Positions 49,658 through 60,411 of a stretch of DNA of 62,766 nt are shown one piece after another (positions within the stretch are counted from its first letter, which is position 1; each line of letters begins with the position of its first letter). A program made the position numbers and the translations under genes. Below the pieces are notes generated by a model that did not search any database, was not told the origin of the DNA, and was given only the letters and a program-made list of their open reading frames with translations. Origin of the DNA: Verrucomicrobiota bacterium (GTDB lineage: Bacteria; Verrucomicrobiota; Verrucomicrobiia; Opitutales; Opitutaceae); assembly GCA_036166175.1 (NCBI GenBank), contig JAYZHU010000212.1:1-62766 (forward strand), written 5' to 3'.

Positions 49658-49685
49658 GGTTGGGTTGCTTGTCCTCAAGCAACCG
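49658..49685 (+). repeat. REP-like element, family A variant
   Basis: GGTTGGGTTGCTTGTCCTCAAGCAACCG, with a compensated stem relative to 8661-8687. Confidence 0.65.
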
Positions 49686-49849
49686 CAAACTTTGCTGGGC
49701 TGTATTGACTGCCTCGGTTCACCGAAACGTCCGCAAATCTCGGTTTTCGCAGGGAGAACTGGCTCAGTACTTCAAATCCCACATCCGGAGGGCCAAGTCA
49801 GTCATCCGAGACTGTTAATAAGGCGTTCGCCCGGCACATGTCGTTCCTT

Positions 49850-50524
49850 TTACGAATCCGAATATAGATTCATCCTGGTTAGGAACATATCATGGCTCTC
49901 CCTGAGGCGTTCAATGTCTTCCCTAGTTCCTGAAAATGCGAATACAAACAGATCGCCATCAATGAAGGTGAAGATCTCTCGCGTCTTACCAATTTTGCCT
50001 TTGCCCATTGGGTACTCGTATTCGATCTTCCGAGTCCAGTTTTTCAAAATGTAGGGACGCTCTCGGCCTTCGCCAGTATAGTGCTGGTAGGTTACAGTCT
50101 TAGTGGGAATATCCGTTTTCAAGGAAGCAACATAGGGAAGCCAAGATTCGTCTTGGAGCGTTGCTAAGAATTCTACAGAAGAGAAGCGGGACACTCCGAA
50201 GGAAAGTTCTCGAATCTTTCGGTCAGTTAGCATGATCGAGTAGCGCGGTGTTCGGGATCGGGAAAAAACCCATCGTCCTTTATCTTCGAATATAAAACGA
50301 TGATTGCCGGAAGCGATGCACAATCGTTTTTCGATCGGACCGTCTTCCCGGACTTCTATGTATTTGCCGGTCATGCTTGGGCGAAGTTGCTTGGGCCAGG
50401 AAGTAATCGGCTGGTCCGATAGTTCGGATGTTGATCGAGCAGCCAGGCTGCTGTTCGAAAATATTGTCAGCAAACTGAATGCAGCTAACGCCAGCTTAAT
50501 AGGAATCGATCTGTAGGAGGGCAT
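49850..50524 (-). CDS. Hypothetical secreted protein
   Basis: 224 aa; signal-peptide-like N-terminus (..SSLA/ARS); 7 bp downstream of the PilX-like gene. Confidence 0.7.
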   Translation of the reverse strand: MPSYRSIPIKLALAAFSLLTIFSNSSLAARSTSELSDQPITSWPKQLRPSMTGKYIEVREDGPIEKRLCIASGNHRFIFEDKGRWVFSRSRTPRYSIMLTDRKIRELSFGVSRFSSVEFLATLQDESWLPYVASLKTDIPTKTVTYQHYTGEGRERPYILKNWTRKIEYEYPMGKGKIGKTREIFTFIDGDLFVFAFSGTREDIERLRESHDMFLTRMNLYSDS

Positions 50525-50531
50525 TTCTGAA

Positions 50532-52505
50532 TTAGAGTCCTGAAGTTTCCGAAGCGAATTCGGTGGCAGTCATATCTTGGAAATTGTCTCTTCTATAGGT
50601 TCTTAAAAGAGGAGTGCCAGGAGGGTAGACGCCCGTTTTAAAAAGGTTATTGAAACCGTATTTTCGTTTTGGAGGACTGTAGTAAGAAGTGCTCCAAATG
50701 GAAAAATCCACCTCACTTTCGTATAGGCAAACCATGGATCCCCTTAGATAGAAAGTCTTCCCACCCCATTTTTCTAAAAAACGAGGAAAATTTTCATTAC
50801 CTCCACTTTGATTGCCATCCCCTAGCACGTTAGAAGGACGTATACCTGAGACGGTTGCGGCTGATACCTCAGTCGAGCTGGCATTAGGCTTGACGCTAGT
50901 GTCGGAGTCATCCCAGTTTTCAGAAAGGTACGTGATTGAATCGCCCATGATAGCCGCGGGGACTTCACCCCAGTCAGGGTCGTACGCACTATTGGATGAC
51001 ATTTGACCATCTGCATTGTAGTGACCTTGTATGTACAGTGCGTTGTTGGTCACGAAACTCATTCCGGGCTCAAGTCCGCGACTTGGGATTCCTTCTCCGG
51101 CCACATCAGTTTCGGCCCCGATTAGTCTAATTCCTGTATAATTCAATTTAGCAGCAGCTGTTGAATCTGAATTCGAGCTATAGCTTTCAAAGTAAACAAC
51201 GCCATTCCAATCAGTGCTCGGGTCGTACCCACCAATGTGTTTGATATTATTACTCGTGTCAGGATTTTCAATAAGCTGCTTTAATTTTCCCGTATGAATA
51301 TTGATCGTTGTGATATACTCGCCGCGACGTCTATCTAAAAATGCACTTTGCTTGTGCTCCCAAAGAGATCCTTCTAGGTTGCTGATATCCAGTGTATTGC
51401 CATCGCCATCATAGGCGCTAATAGAGTTGGCAGTGGTATCCCACTTGAAATAGAGACCTGCCTTGTTGGACATTTTCTGAGTTTCGATCTCCACGTTGTA
51501 GTCGTTATGAGAAGTTGGTAGGGGCGGTTCTATAATTGCTCGACTAGAATTTTCGGGATCGTACGCGCTTGTGCTTGGGTCGTCGGGTTCGTAGTCCGCG
51601 AAAGCGACTGGTTTGTAGTTCTGCACGCCGTGGGCAACCGTTTGCAGATTGCCTTTCCACCGGTTAGAAGCGTATGAACGAAAACCAGAGCTAATGGATC
51701 CCGTTCCGAGTTCCGAATCCATCCAAACACCGTTGACCTCCATGTTTGGATAAGAGCCACTGCCATCGGAAAATTTTAGATGTCCGGTCCTACTGCTGGG
51801 ACCCAAATGCTCTAGATGGTGATACACGTGTCCAGCTGATGTCACGATGTCGTGGAAGGTAAGTCCATTCCTCGGAGCCAACCTCAAATTTCCATTGGTA
51901 TGAACAGGTCCGTAGACGTCCATGAGTGGTCCTGGATGTATATCCAGAACTGGATTGTAAAAAATGGCGTGAGAAAAGAGTGGCGAATCTCTCACTTGAA
52001 ATCGCTGGCCAATGTAAGAACTGATGTCTGGTCCGCCATTCGGATCGGAAACCGTTGCCTTACCGTACAAGTTAACATCGAAAGCCCGAACGTATTTCCC
52101 TTTCATGGGATCAAACATATTGTCCGGTTCGCTAGGATCGATGTAGACGAGCGAGCTATTGGGAACGGTGCCGGCATAGAGCTCCAGATCGCCGTATTTG
52201 ACATTGGAACGAAGGCTCGAGGCTGCTGGTAGAGACAGGGCTCCCGAATTACCTGAAGCGAAGGTGTTTGAAGCGACGGTTGTTTTGTTGTCGAAGGTGT
52301 AGGCCAGCTGGGCGAAGCCGTACTCCACTACCGCTTCGGCTGTATTGTCGGCTTGGGCCCTCAGTTTGTGGCGATGGTTTACACGTCTCTCACTGACCGA
52401 GTATCTCAATATACTGGCCATTACTGCCGACAATACGCCGACAAGCAAAAGAGTAGTAATCAAAGCGGATCCTTTGCGTCTATTTCTTTCTTTGAAGTGT
52501 TTCAT
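50532..52505 (-). CDS. Large PilX/GspK-like prepilin (pilus tip/adhesin candidate)
   Basis: Class III leader KERNRRKG|SALITTLLLVGVL lacking Glu5; QA...AEAVVEYG; GPVHTNG; C-terminal GGNENFPRFLEKW..YYSPP.R.YGF..PPGTP. Confidence 0.8.
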   Translation of the reverse strand: MKHFKERNRRKGSALITTLLLVGVLSAVMASILRYSVSERRVNHRHKLRAQADNTAEAVVEYGFAQLAYTFDNKTTVASNTFASGNSGALSLPAASSLRSNVKYGDLELYAGTVPNSSLVYIDPSEPDNMFDPMKGKYVRAFDVNLYGKATVSDPNGGPDISSYIGQRFQVRDSPLFSHAIFYNPVLDIHPGPLMDVYGPVHTNGNLRLAPRNGLTFHDIVTSAGHVYHHLEHLGPSSRTGHLKFSDGSGSYPNMEVNGVWMDSELGTGSISSGFRSYASNRWKGNLQTVAHGVQNYKPVAFADYEPDDPSTSAYDPENSSRAIIEPPLPTSHNDYNVEIETQKMSNKAGLYFKWDTTANSISAYDGDGNTLDISNLEGSLWEHKQSAFLDRRRGEYITTINIHTGKLKQLIENPDTSNNIKHIGGYDPSTDWNGVVYFESYSSNSDSTAAAKLNYTGIRLIGAETDVAGEGIPSRGLEPGMSFVTNNALYIQGHYNADGQMSSNSAYDPDWGEVPAAIMGDSITYLSENWDDSDTSVKPNASSTEVSAATVSGIRPSNVLGDGNQSGGNENFPRFLEKWGGKTFYLRGSMVCLYESEVDFSIWSTSYYSPPKRKYGFNNLFKTGVYPPGTPLLRTYRRDNFQDMTATEFASETSGL

Positions 52506-52866
52506 ATCGGTTAGTATAGAATCGGCGGATCTAGGTTTCGCTGTCTCGACGATAGGCCATGCATTCTATTCGGCATGAATGAAGACGGATTTAGAGTGCT
52601 GGAAGGAAATGAAGGAAACTTCGCGAGATACATGATTAGGCGTGCAGCATCAGCGTATGCCGTATAAGTAGAAACTCCCAAGATCTCATAATAAAAAAGC
52701 GAACAGGGTCGGAGCGCTGACTTCATATTGGAAACATTCCTAGACTCGAATTTTGCAAGCATCCCAAAGCGACAAGGGCAGCAATCTTTTCGGTACTATT
52801 GCGTTGAACGGATTTCAAATGATGTTCAGGTGCTGCATTCAGCGATATAAGCTGCCTTATTCATAG

Positions 52867-53493
52867 CTACCCCCTTGGCGAGATAGTGAAATTGTAGGTA
52901 TTGGTCACTTGCTCTCCGACTTTTCCGTCGTGGATGATTTCGCCTCGAACGACGATGCTTCTGTCGTAGAAATTATAGAACAGCTTTCCGTCGCTCAAAC
53001 CATTGGACAATTCGATCACTTCATGGTGCTGCCCATAGCTTGACGTTGCGGGGAGGAGCGTGTCCAGATCGCTGCTGCTACTGGGATTATACTCATCGTC
53101 GAACATGAGCACGGGTCCTTCCTCTCCATCTCCCTGAGTCCAGCGATAGTAGCCGATGATCCGGCTAATTTTATCAGAGTCATTGATATCCCGGTGAACC
53201 AGGACTAGGAAGTCTCCGGAAGCGCCATCGTTTTGCTCGGTGCGGTCCGTATAGGAAGTGTAAGTCTTAAAGTAGTCCGAGTATCGGGCATTCTCGATCA
53301 TCTCGTTAGTGAAGTTTCGAATATCCCGATTGATCAAGAGACGCCCCGTTCCATTAGCCGCCGTGTTGGAGCCCATCAAAAAAATGGATATGGAACCTCC
53401 GAGCACTACCGTAGAGATGGCCATGCCCACCAGCAGTTCCATCAACGTAACACCCGCTTTACGCCTCTTCTTGTATTTGCGAAAGCCTCTCAT
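52867..53493 (-). CDS. Prepilin-type N-terminal cleavage/methylation protein (PilW/GspJ-like)
   Basis: KKRRKAG|VTLMELLVGMAIS with Glu5; ends ISPRG. Confidence 0.88.
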   Translation of the reverse strand: MRGFRKYKKRRKAGVTLMELLVGMAISTVVLGGSISIFLMGSNTAANGTGRLLINRDIRNFTNEMIENARYSDYFKTYTSYTDRTEQNDGASGDFLVLVHRDINDSDKISRIIGYYRWTQGDGEEGPVLMFDDEYNPSSSSDLDTLLPATSSYGQHHEVIELSNGLSDGKLFYNFYDRSIVVRGEIIHDGKVGEQVTNTYNFTISPRG

Positions 53494-53498
53494 TGTAT

Positions 53499-54059
53499 TT
53501 AAAAGGTTGGTACTTCTGAGCGGATCGCGTACAGCGTTTCTGTGTGGTCCGTCGTCCTCATCCCGTCGGTAAACGCGTGCTCGTAACGGACTATGATCCT
53601 GCGAGCTTGCCCAACGCCATTGCTGGCATCCGAGATATCGTCAATGTAGACGATAACATTCATGGCCATGTCATCGTTTGCGTCGTCCGGAGTGTTCTTG
53701 ATGTCGATAAGCTTTTCGTTGGAAATATCGGTGGAGCTGTCGCCTTTGATGGGATCGGAAGGAAGCGGAGATACCGTGAGTGTGTCAGCAACCCCCTCAT
53801 GGAAGAGTGTTGGCAATACCGCTTCGTCAAGCGACGCAAACTCCATGTTTTTCATTTGCTCGATATAACCTTGAGCAATTGTCAGAGCGGTATTCTCGTG
53901 GATTGCCAACTCCGTGTACCGGCGAGCTTGCATTAAGCCTGTTAGCAGCCCAAGAGACGAGAAACCAAGAATTACCATGGCTACCATAATTTCTACTAGA
54001 GTTAACGCTTCCTTTCCGCGTATACCCATTCTTCTATGAATTGGTTTTAATCTCTTCAT
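53499..54059 (-). CDS. Prepilin-type N-terminal cleavage/methylation protein (PilV/GspI-like)
   Basis: RGKEA|LTLVEIMVAMVILG; ALTIAQGYIEQMK. Confidence 0.88.
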   Translation of the reverse strand: MKRLKPIHRRMGIRGKEALTLVEIMVAMVILGFSSLGLLTGLMQARRYTELAIHENTALTIAQGYIEQMKNMEFASLDEAVLPTLFHEGVADTLTVSPLPSDPIKGDSSTDISNEKLIDIKNTPDDANDDMAMNVIVYIDDISDASNGVGQARRIIVRYEHAFTDGMRTTDHTETLYAIRSEVPTF

Positions 54060-54135
54060 CTTCCTAAATAAGCCCTTGTCGACCCCTGACGAATCGGATT
54101 TTTGGCAGTTTGGTTAAGGCCCCGGATGAGAATTG

Positions 54136-54151
54136 AGCAATGAGCATACCT
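54136..54151 (-). promoter_or_regulatory. Candidate sigma-54 (-24/-12) promoter for the pilin cassette
   Basis: Minus strand AGGTATGCTCATTGCT = GG-N10-GC with TTGCT, about 77 bp upstream of the first pilin ATG. Confidence 0.5.
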
Positions 54152-54269
54152 CAACGAACCCGCCGATAGGACTTAGCGCCTAAGGGGAGTTGAAGAAAGT
54201 ACTCAATTGGCTTGAGTTGCTAACTCTGATGAGGAGATCGCTATTCGCTCTGAAGGGCGAAGTGCGTCT

Positions 54270-55727
54270 TTACGCCAGTATGTCTTGCACAGGACGGGCT
54301 TTCTCGACACCTGTTAGGCGCATGTCGAGTCCCTGGTGCTTGAAGGAGAGCTGCTCGTGATCAATGCCGAAACGATTGAGAATCGTGGCATTGAGATCAT
54401 GTATATGCACAGGGTCCTTGACGATATTGTAGCCAAAATCGTCAGTTTCGCCGTATACCGTTCCTCCTTTGATGCCAGCTCCAGCCATCCATTTGGTGAA
54501 ACATTTAGGATGATGATCTCGTCCGTAATTGGTTTCCGTGAGCGTTCCCTGGCAATAGATGGTGCGCCCAAACTCTCCGCCCCAAATCACAAGGGTGTCG
54601 TCGAGCATGCCGCGCTGCTTCAAATCGGTGATTAGAGCGTAGCTAGCTTGATCGATATCTTTGCACTGATTGGGCAAGTCTTTTGGCAACACGCCATGCT
54701 GATCCCAGCCGCGATGGAAGATCTGAGAAAAACGCACGCCTTTTTCCGCCAAGCGACGGGCCATGAGGCAATTGTAAGCGAAGGTTCCCGGTTTCCGGGC
54801 GTCGGGGCCATATAGATCGAATATGTACTCCGGTTCATCAGATAGATCGGTTAGGTCTGGTACTGATGCCTGCATTCGGAAAGCCATTTCGTATTGGGCT
54901 ATACGGGCGTGCGTTTCAGGATCTCCAAATTCTTCATACAGATCCTCATTGATAGCCTTTACGCCGTCGAGCATGTCTCGTCTTAAGTCTCGACTCACTC
55001 CATGAGGATTGTTGAGATAGAGGACGGGATCGCCTTGAGAGCGTAAGCTGACTCCCTGGTGTTCCGAGGGCAAGGGTCCGGCTCCCCACAATCGAGAATA
55101 GAGAGCCTGGGCTTCCTTGCGGCCTGTCCAGGTAGAATTGAGCACGACAAACGTCGGTAGATTCCGGTTTGAACTGCCGAGACCATAGCTTAACCAAGCT
55201 CCTAAGCTCGGTCGTCCAGGATTTTGGTTACCGGTTTGAATGTATGTGATTGCCGGATCGTGGTTGATCGCTTCCGTCCAAACCGATTTCACGATCGCGA
55301 TGTCGTCGGCAATTTTCTTTGTGTAAGGGAGAAGCTCGCTAATCCATGCTCCCGATTGGCCAACCCGTTCGAACTCGTATATACTCGGAGCGACCGGAAA
55401 ACGAACCTGAGCGGAAGTCATCGTGGTCAGTCTTTGGCCTTTGCGAACGGACTCCGGCAAATCCTTGTCGAACATGGCTCGCATTGCCGGCTTATAGTCA
55501 TACATGTCCAATTGGGATGGAGCCCCGGACATGAACAGGTAGATGCCTCGCTTTGCTTTGGGGCGAAAATGAGTAGTCGAGAGGAAGCCCGAGTCCGAGC
55601 CACTCGATTTGCCCATAAGGCCATTGCCCAGAATTGAGGACAGCGCTGCCAGGCCTAGGCCTTTGGCAGATTTTCCGAGAAACTGTCGACGCGACTCGAG
55701 TGAAACGTATTCGTCAATTGGGTTCAT
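54270..55727 (-). CDS. DUF1501 domain protein, Tat-exported
   Basis: SRRQFLG; [14 protein letters not shown]; GWDQH; WGGEFGRT; GRDHHP. Confidence 0.94.
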   Translation of the reverse strand: MNPIDEYVSLESRRQFLGKSAKGLGLAALSSILGNGLMGKSSGSDSGFLSTTHFRPKAKRGIYLFMSGAPSQLDMYDYKPAMRAMFDKDLPESVRKGQRLTTMTSAQVRFPVAPSIYEFERVGQSGAWISELLPYTKKIADDIAIVKSVWTEAINHDPAITYIQTGNQNPGRPSLGAWLSYGLGSSNRNLPTFVVLNSTWTGRKEAQALYSRLWGAGPLPSEHQGVSLRSQGDPVLYLNNPHGVSRDLRRDMLDGVKAINEDLYEEFGDPETHARIAQYEMAFRMQASVPDLTDLSDEPEYIFDLYGPDARKPGTFAYNCLMARRLAEKGVRFSQIFHRGWDQHGVLPKDLPNQCKDIDQASYALITDLKQRGMLDDTLVIWGGEFGRTIYCQGTLTETNYGRDHHPKCFTKWMAGAGIKGGTVYGETDDFGYNIVKDPVHIHDLNATILNRFGIDHEQLSFKHQGLDMRLTGVEKARPVQDILA

Positions 55728-55733
55728 CTATTG

Positions 55734-58700
55734 CTAGTATTTGTTAACAAAGGAGTCCAAGTTCATGATCTGGTTGGCTACCATAGTTAGGGAAGCGAGC
55801 TCAATAGGATCGAGGCTTGGGTTAGGGGTAGAATCGCCAACCTGGATCAACGATTCGGCACCAGAACGCTTCTCGGCAAACGAAGATTGGAATTTCTGGT
55901 AGGACGCTTCGAGGATGGATTGATGTTTCGGCGATGCATCGGATCCGAATGCGTGACGATACATGGTTGCAATTCGCTCGCCTATGTCGCTTTGACCGCC
56001 CCCCATCGCTCTTTCCGCAAGGCGTCGAGCCGCTTCCACATACTGTTTGTCGTTCATCAGCGTCAAAGCCTGGAGCGGCGTGTTCGTCCGTTCCCGTCTA
56101 ACGTTGCAATTCTCTCGAGAGGGGACATCGAAAACAACCATGTTGGGAGGAGGTGCCGTTCGTTTCCAAAATGTGTACAAGCTTCGCCGATAGAGATCAT
56201 CACCATGGTCCTGGAAGAAATGAGCCGTGTTGCTGTCGGAGTAGGCCACTGCATTCCAAATGCCTCCTGGTTGGTAAGGCTTAACGGGAGGCCCTCCTAT
56301 TTGACCGTTGAGACTGCCGCTAACATAGAGAGCCTTGTCGCGAAGTACTTCTCCATCCAAACGATACCGAGGGCCGCGGGCCAGATATCGGTTTTCCGGG
56401 TCTAGCGCGAGTTCTTCGGAATCTATTTTAGAATCCTGTCTGTAGGTCGCCGACATCACCAGCAGCTTAAGGAAGTCCTTCACGTTCCAGCCGCTTTCCT
56501 GAAAGCGGATCGCCAGCCAGTCGAGAAGCTCGGGATAAGTGGGATTCTCACCCATGATCCCAAAATCCTCCGAAGTTGCCACAATGCCCGTACCGAAAAT
56601 GTTTTGCCAGAATCGATTGACGGTAACGCGAGCTGTTAGCGGATTGTCGCTGTCTACAAGCCATTGAGCCAATCCCATTCGATTTTTAGGAGAGGATGCC
56701 GGCAACCCACCCAGGGACTCGGGAATGTCGGCAAAAACTTTCTCCCCCGGTTTATCGTACTCGCCACGTTCCAGAATGAAAGCGTGCGGAGGGGAGTCTT
56801 TTTCGTTCATAACCAGCGATACAGTTGATTGGTCGTATATATGGTTATAGAGTCGGTTGTTTTCCGCCTCTTCGAATTTGAGTATCCGGTACTGAGGCAC
56901 GAAATTTGTGTAATAGTAGGCGCTTAGCTGGTCTTTCTCTCGTCTGCGCCGCCTCTCCTCTGGAACTTTGAATATCGTCTCAATACGGCTTTTGCTTCCG
57001 CCGCCAGCCAGCTCAAACCCGTGAATCAAACGGTCATAGACCTTTATGCTCTCAATGTGACCTGTTTTCGGGCCTTCAGCCGATTTGTCGTAGTATCCAG
57101 TTTTGTAAGACTTCGCTGCTAGCGCAGGATCGATTAAGCCATCTGCAAACAAGCCCGCTTGTAAAGGGGTGGTAACGGCTACGCTGCCAGAAAGGTTGTC
57201 GACGACCTTTTCGTAATCAAACGGCTGTCGAGAACCGGTTGAAATCGAAAGGCCGGCCACAGAGCTGGAACCATCGTAGGCTATCGTGATTTCAGGAGAG
57301 CTAAATTCCCTTGGGTTCGTACGTTCAGCCGCTGTAGTGACGGAGATCATATTACCGCCTTTCAAAGAATGTATGAGTTCGAATATGATCTGATAGCGAT
57401 TGGGTAGCCCAGGATTGGAATTGGCTACGGACAAGCGCCAACCTCGATCTCCGTCGAATTGCTCAAGTACGGGAACACGGTCTTGCTTGTATTCGCCTTC
57501 AACCGGAAGCTTTACTTTGCAGCTCAGGGTGAATGCTTGATCGGGATTGAATACATGATTGTGGGCAGCAAGGTCGATGGAATCACCCGTCATAGCGTTC
57601 AATACATCGGACTTGGATTTCTTTTTGTCTGACTCCGAACCCTCCCTCGCGAAATCGATAACAAAATCGGGCTCAATGTTGAAATTATAAGATTGGTAGG
57701 GTCGTTCGGCGTTCGCCTTCCAGGCCGCGAATTTTGAGCCCCATTCTTCCTTGAGATCTCGGATCGCATTCGAGATTTCATCTTTTCGCTCCTTAACCTG
57801 TATCCAACTATTCCTGTGCTCTGGTTTGGGGATGGTCACGATCGGTCGGGTATCGTAAGCATTCCCATCCATAATAGGCCCATCGAAATTGTTGAAGAAT
57901 GCGGAAAACCGATAGAAATCGGCCATGGAAAGGGGATCGAATTTGTGATCATGACATGAGGCGCATCCCATGGTCAGACCCAGAAATACAGTCGATGTGG
58001 TTTCGACCCGGTCCTTCGCGTACACAGCGCGGTATTCGGCATCAATGGCGCCCCCTTCACTCGTGGTAGGATTGCATCGATTGAATCCAGTGGCCAGCGT
58101 TTGCTCCAAGGTGGAATCGGGCAGTAGATCGCCTGCGATTTGCTCGATGGTGAATTCATCGAATGGTTTATTCTCGTTGAAAGCTTTGGTCACCCAATCT
58201 CGATAGGGCCAGATTTCCCGATAGTTGTCCAAGTGTAGTCCGTGCGTGTCTGCATAGCGTGCTGCATCCAGCCAATAGCGAGCCTGATGCTCGCCGTAAG
58301 CGGGTGATCCGAGCAACTCATCAACTAAAGATTCGTAAGCGTCTTTGGAGGGATCGTTGACGAATCTATCCACCATTTCGGGGTGCGGAGGAAGTCCAGT
58401 GAGGTCCAAGGCTAAGCGTCTGGCTAACGTAGGCCGATCGGCTTCAGGGTTGGGCTCCAGTCCCTTAGCCTGCATCGATCTGTAAATGAAGGCATCGACT
58501 GTATTATTTCCCCAATCGAGCTCCGGCTCCTCAGGCTTTTCAGGTTTTTCAAACGCCCAATGCCCTTCCCATTCTGCTCCTTCCTTTATCCATTGGCCGA
58601 TCAAGCGCTTCTCTTCCTCGGACAACTCCTTGTGGGAATCGAGTGGAGGCATGATGTCATCCGAGTCGTCTGTAGTGATTCGCTGGTACAGAGGACTATC

Positions 58701-58973
58701 CTCGGGCTTTCCCTTGAGAATGGCCGCATCGTAGTTCCCATGAGGAACGAATGCGTTGGCCTCGATATCCAATCGCAAGTCCGCTTTTCGAGTGTTTTCA
58801 TCGGGTCCGTGGCAAGCATAGCACTTATCCGACAAGATTGGTCGAATGTCGCGATTGAAGCTGATCGTTTCCCCGTCAACGGTGTTCGCCAACAGGCAAA
58901 GTAGTGTCGCTACCCCAAGGGGTTTATGGGGAAGCGCTGTTCGCTTGGGCATAGATCTAATTTTTGTATTCAA
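55734..58973 (-). CDS. Planctomycete cytochrome c + DUF1549 + divergent LamG-like insert + DUF1553 protein
   Basis: [50 protein letters not shown]; start TTG 58973 or ATG 58952. Confidence 0.93.
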   Translation of the reverse strand: MNTKIRSMPKRTALPHKPLGVATLLCLLANTVDGETISFNRDIRPILSDKCYACHGPDENTRKADLRLDIEANAFVPHGNYDAAILKGKPEDSPLYQRITTDDSDDIMPPLDSHKELSEEEKRLIGQWIKEGAEWEGHWAFEKPEKPEEPELDWGNNTVDAFIYRSMQAKGLEPNPEADRPTLARRLALDLTGLPPHPEMVDRFVNDPSKDAYESLVDELLGSPAYGEHQARYWLDAARYADTHGLHLDNYREIWPYRDWVTKAFNENKPFDEFTIEQIAGDLLPDSTLEQTLATGFNRCNPTTSEGGAIDAEYRAVYAKDRVETTSTVFLGLTMGCASCHDHKFDPLSMADFYRFSAFFNNFDGPIMDGNAYDTRPIVTIPKPEHRNSWIQVKERKDEISNAIRDLKEEWGSKFAAWKANAERPYQSYNFNIEPDFVIDFAREGSESDKKKSKSDVLNAMTGDSIDLAAHNHVFNPDQAFTLSCKVKLPVEGEYKQDRVPVLEQFDGDRGWRLSVANSNPGLPNRYQIIFELIHSLKGGNMISVTTAAERTNPREFSSPEITIAYDGSSSVAGLSISTGSRQPFDYEKVVDNLSGSVAVTTPLQAGLFADGLIDPALAAKSYKTGYYDKSAEGPKTGHIESIKVYDRLIHGFELAGGGSKSRIETIFKVPEERRRRREKDQLSAYYYTNFVPQYRILKFEEAENNRLYNHIYDQSTVSLVMNEKDSPPHAFILERGEYDKPGEKVFADIPESLGGLPASSPKNRMGLAQWLVDSDNPLTARVTVNRFWQNIFGTGIVATSEDFGIMGENPTYPELLDWLAIRFQESGWNVKDFLKLLVMSATYRQDSKIDSEELALDPENRYLARGPRYRLDGEVLRDKALYVSGSLNGQIGGPPVKPYQPGGIWNAVAYSDSNTAHFFQDHGDDLYRRSLYTFWKRTAPPPNMVVFDVPSRENCNVRRERTNTPLQALTLMNDKQYVEAARRLAERAMGGGQSDIGERIATMYRHAFGSDASPKHQSILEASYQKFQSSFAEKRSGAESLIQVGDSTPNPSLDPIELASLTMVANQIMNLDSFVNKY

Positions 58974-59035
58974 TATAAAAACACTTGTTACCTATTATTG
59001 CCTTTGGTAAGTTCAAAGTCTATTCGGGTGCAGGT

Positions 59036-60397
59036 CTAGACATTCGTTAGAACGCCGGTAGAGTCTCCGATCCGGTTCAAATCCTTGATGCCAAGCTTTT
59101 CTGCCAAACCGAGATAGAGATTGGTCATGGGAACAGATCCATGATGGACGAAGCGATTGGTCTGGAGCTCGCCTCCGCCTTTACCCGCTAGCAAGATGGG
59201 AAGATTGTCATGCGTGTGGCGGTTGCCATCGCAATGGCCGCATCCATAGACGATCATGGAGTTGTCGAGGACGGAATTGCCATCCACATCTTCCATAGCG
59301 TCCAGCCTGTGCAGGAAGTGAGCGAATTGCTCAAGGTAGTAGCGATCGATAATGGCAATCTTCTCCATCTTATCGGGATCTTCCTTATGGTGAGAAAGGT
59401 AGTGATGGCCTTCATCGATACCAATTTCCGGATAGGAAGTGTTCATGCCTTCATGGGCCAGTTGAAGGGTCGCGACCCGGGTTGAGTCTGTTTGGAAGGC
59501 CAGTCCCATCATGTCATACATTAGGCCCATATGTTCGCTAAATCTCTCTGGTATGCCTGCTGGAGTTTCCACATTCGGGTCCGGAATATCCTTAATGTTC
59601 TCCGAATCTTGAATACGCTTTTCAATTGCCCGTACGCTGGTAAGGTATTCGTCGAGTTTTTGCGTATCGTGGCTATCGGCCTGCAGCCGTAGCGACTTGG
59701 CATCCTCCATTACGAAGTCCAGTATGGAGCGTTGTTGAGCGAGTCGCTTCTGGAAATTCTCTTTTCGAGAGCCGATTGGCCCTCCGCCGAATAGCCGTTC
59801 GAAAACTGCTCGTGGATTGGCTTCTGGAGCCACGGGCGTGGTGGGAGATTGCCAGGAAATATTGTACTGATAGGCGCAAGCGTATCCGGAATCGCATCTA
59901 CCGGATTTTCTGCCGGTATCGCAGGTCAGCTCTAGTGAGGGAAACCGCGTTTCGCTGCCAATCTCATTGGCTATAATCTGATCGATCGATACGCCGGCTC
60001 TGATGTCTTTGCCCGCTGTTTTGCGAGCCCGTTCTCCCGTCAGGAATGTCGCGCTAGCTCGAGCATGGTCACCGGCGCCGTCTTTGCCCGCAGTCGCGTT
60101 TATGTGATCCAAACCTCCGAATGCCTGGATCTTCGTCTTGACCCGATCAAGCGGCTTCATGGTTCGATTGAGCTCTAGCTTTCCGCTTCTGTTGAGCGGC
60201 CACCAATGCTCTTCGTTCACTCCATTTGGAAAATAGCAATAAGCCGTTCGCAAAGGAGCTCCACTCGCGGTTGTCGCCAAACCTTGGCTCTGTTTTGCCA
60301 TTGAGGACGCAATTCCCTGCGGAACTAGAGATTGGTAAGCGGGCAGGGCGATTGAGATACCAAGGCTTTTGAGAAAGCGTCGTCGTTGCATGTTCAT
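59036..60397 (-). CDS. DUF1552 domain protein, Tat-exported
   Basis: QRRRFLK; GAGDHAR, GVSIDQ, TRFPSLEL, CDSGYACAY, AFQTDSTRV, SVLDNS. Confidence 0.93.
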   Translation of the reverse strand: MNMQRRRFLKSLGISIALPAYQSLVPQGIASSMAKQSQGLATTASGAPLRTAYCYFPNGVNEEHWWPLNRSGKLELNRTMKPLDRVKTKIQAFGGLDHINATAGKDGAGDHARASATFLTGERARKTAGKDIRAGVSIDQIIANEIGSETRFPSLELTCDTGRKSGRCDSGYACAYQYNISWQSPTTPVAPEANPRAVFERLFGGGPIGSRKENFQKRLAQQRSILDFVMEDAKSLRLQADSHDTQKLDEYLTSVRAIEKRIQDSENIKDIPDPNVETPAGIPERFSEHMGLMYDMMGLAFQTDSTRVATLQLAHEGMNTSYPEIGIDEGHHYLSHHKEDPDKMEKIAIIDRYYLEQFAHFLHRLDAMEDVDGNSVLDNSMIVYGCGHCDGNRHTHDNLPILLAGKGGGELQTNRFVHHGSVPMTNLYLGLAEKLGIKDLNRIGDSTGVLTNV

Positions 60398-60411
60398 TTC
60401 AATAGGTGTTT

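Noticed and set aside
52506-52866. Riboswitch (e.g. c-di-GMP), second sigma-54 site or 83-aa ORF in the pilW-pilX gap
   Set aside because: No recognisable aptamer consensus; GG/GC candidates have 11-nt spacing; the ORF has no recognisable features
52770-54081. 10-bp inverted repeat (CGACAAGGGC / GCCCTTGTCG) flanking pilV-pilW as an invertible switch
   Set aside because: Does not extend beyond 10 bp, is plausible by chance, and no recombinase is nearby
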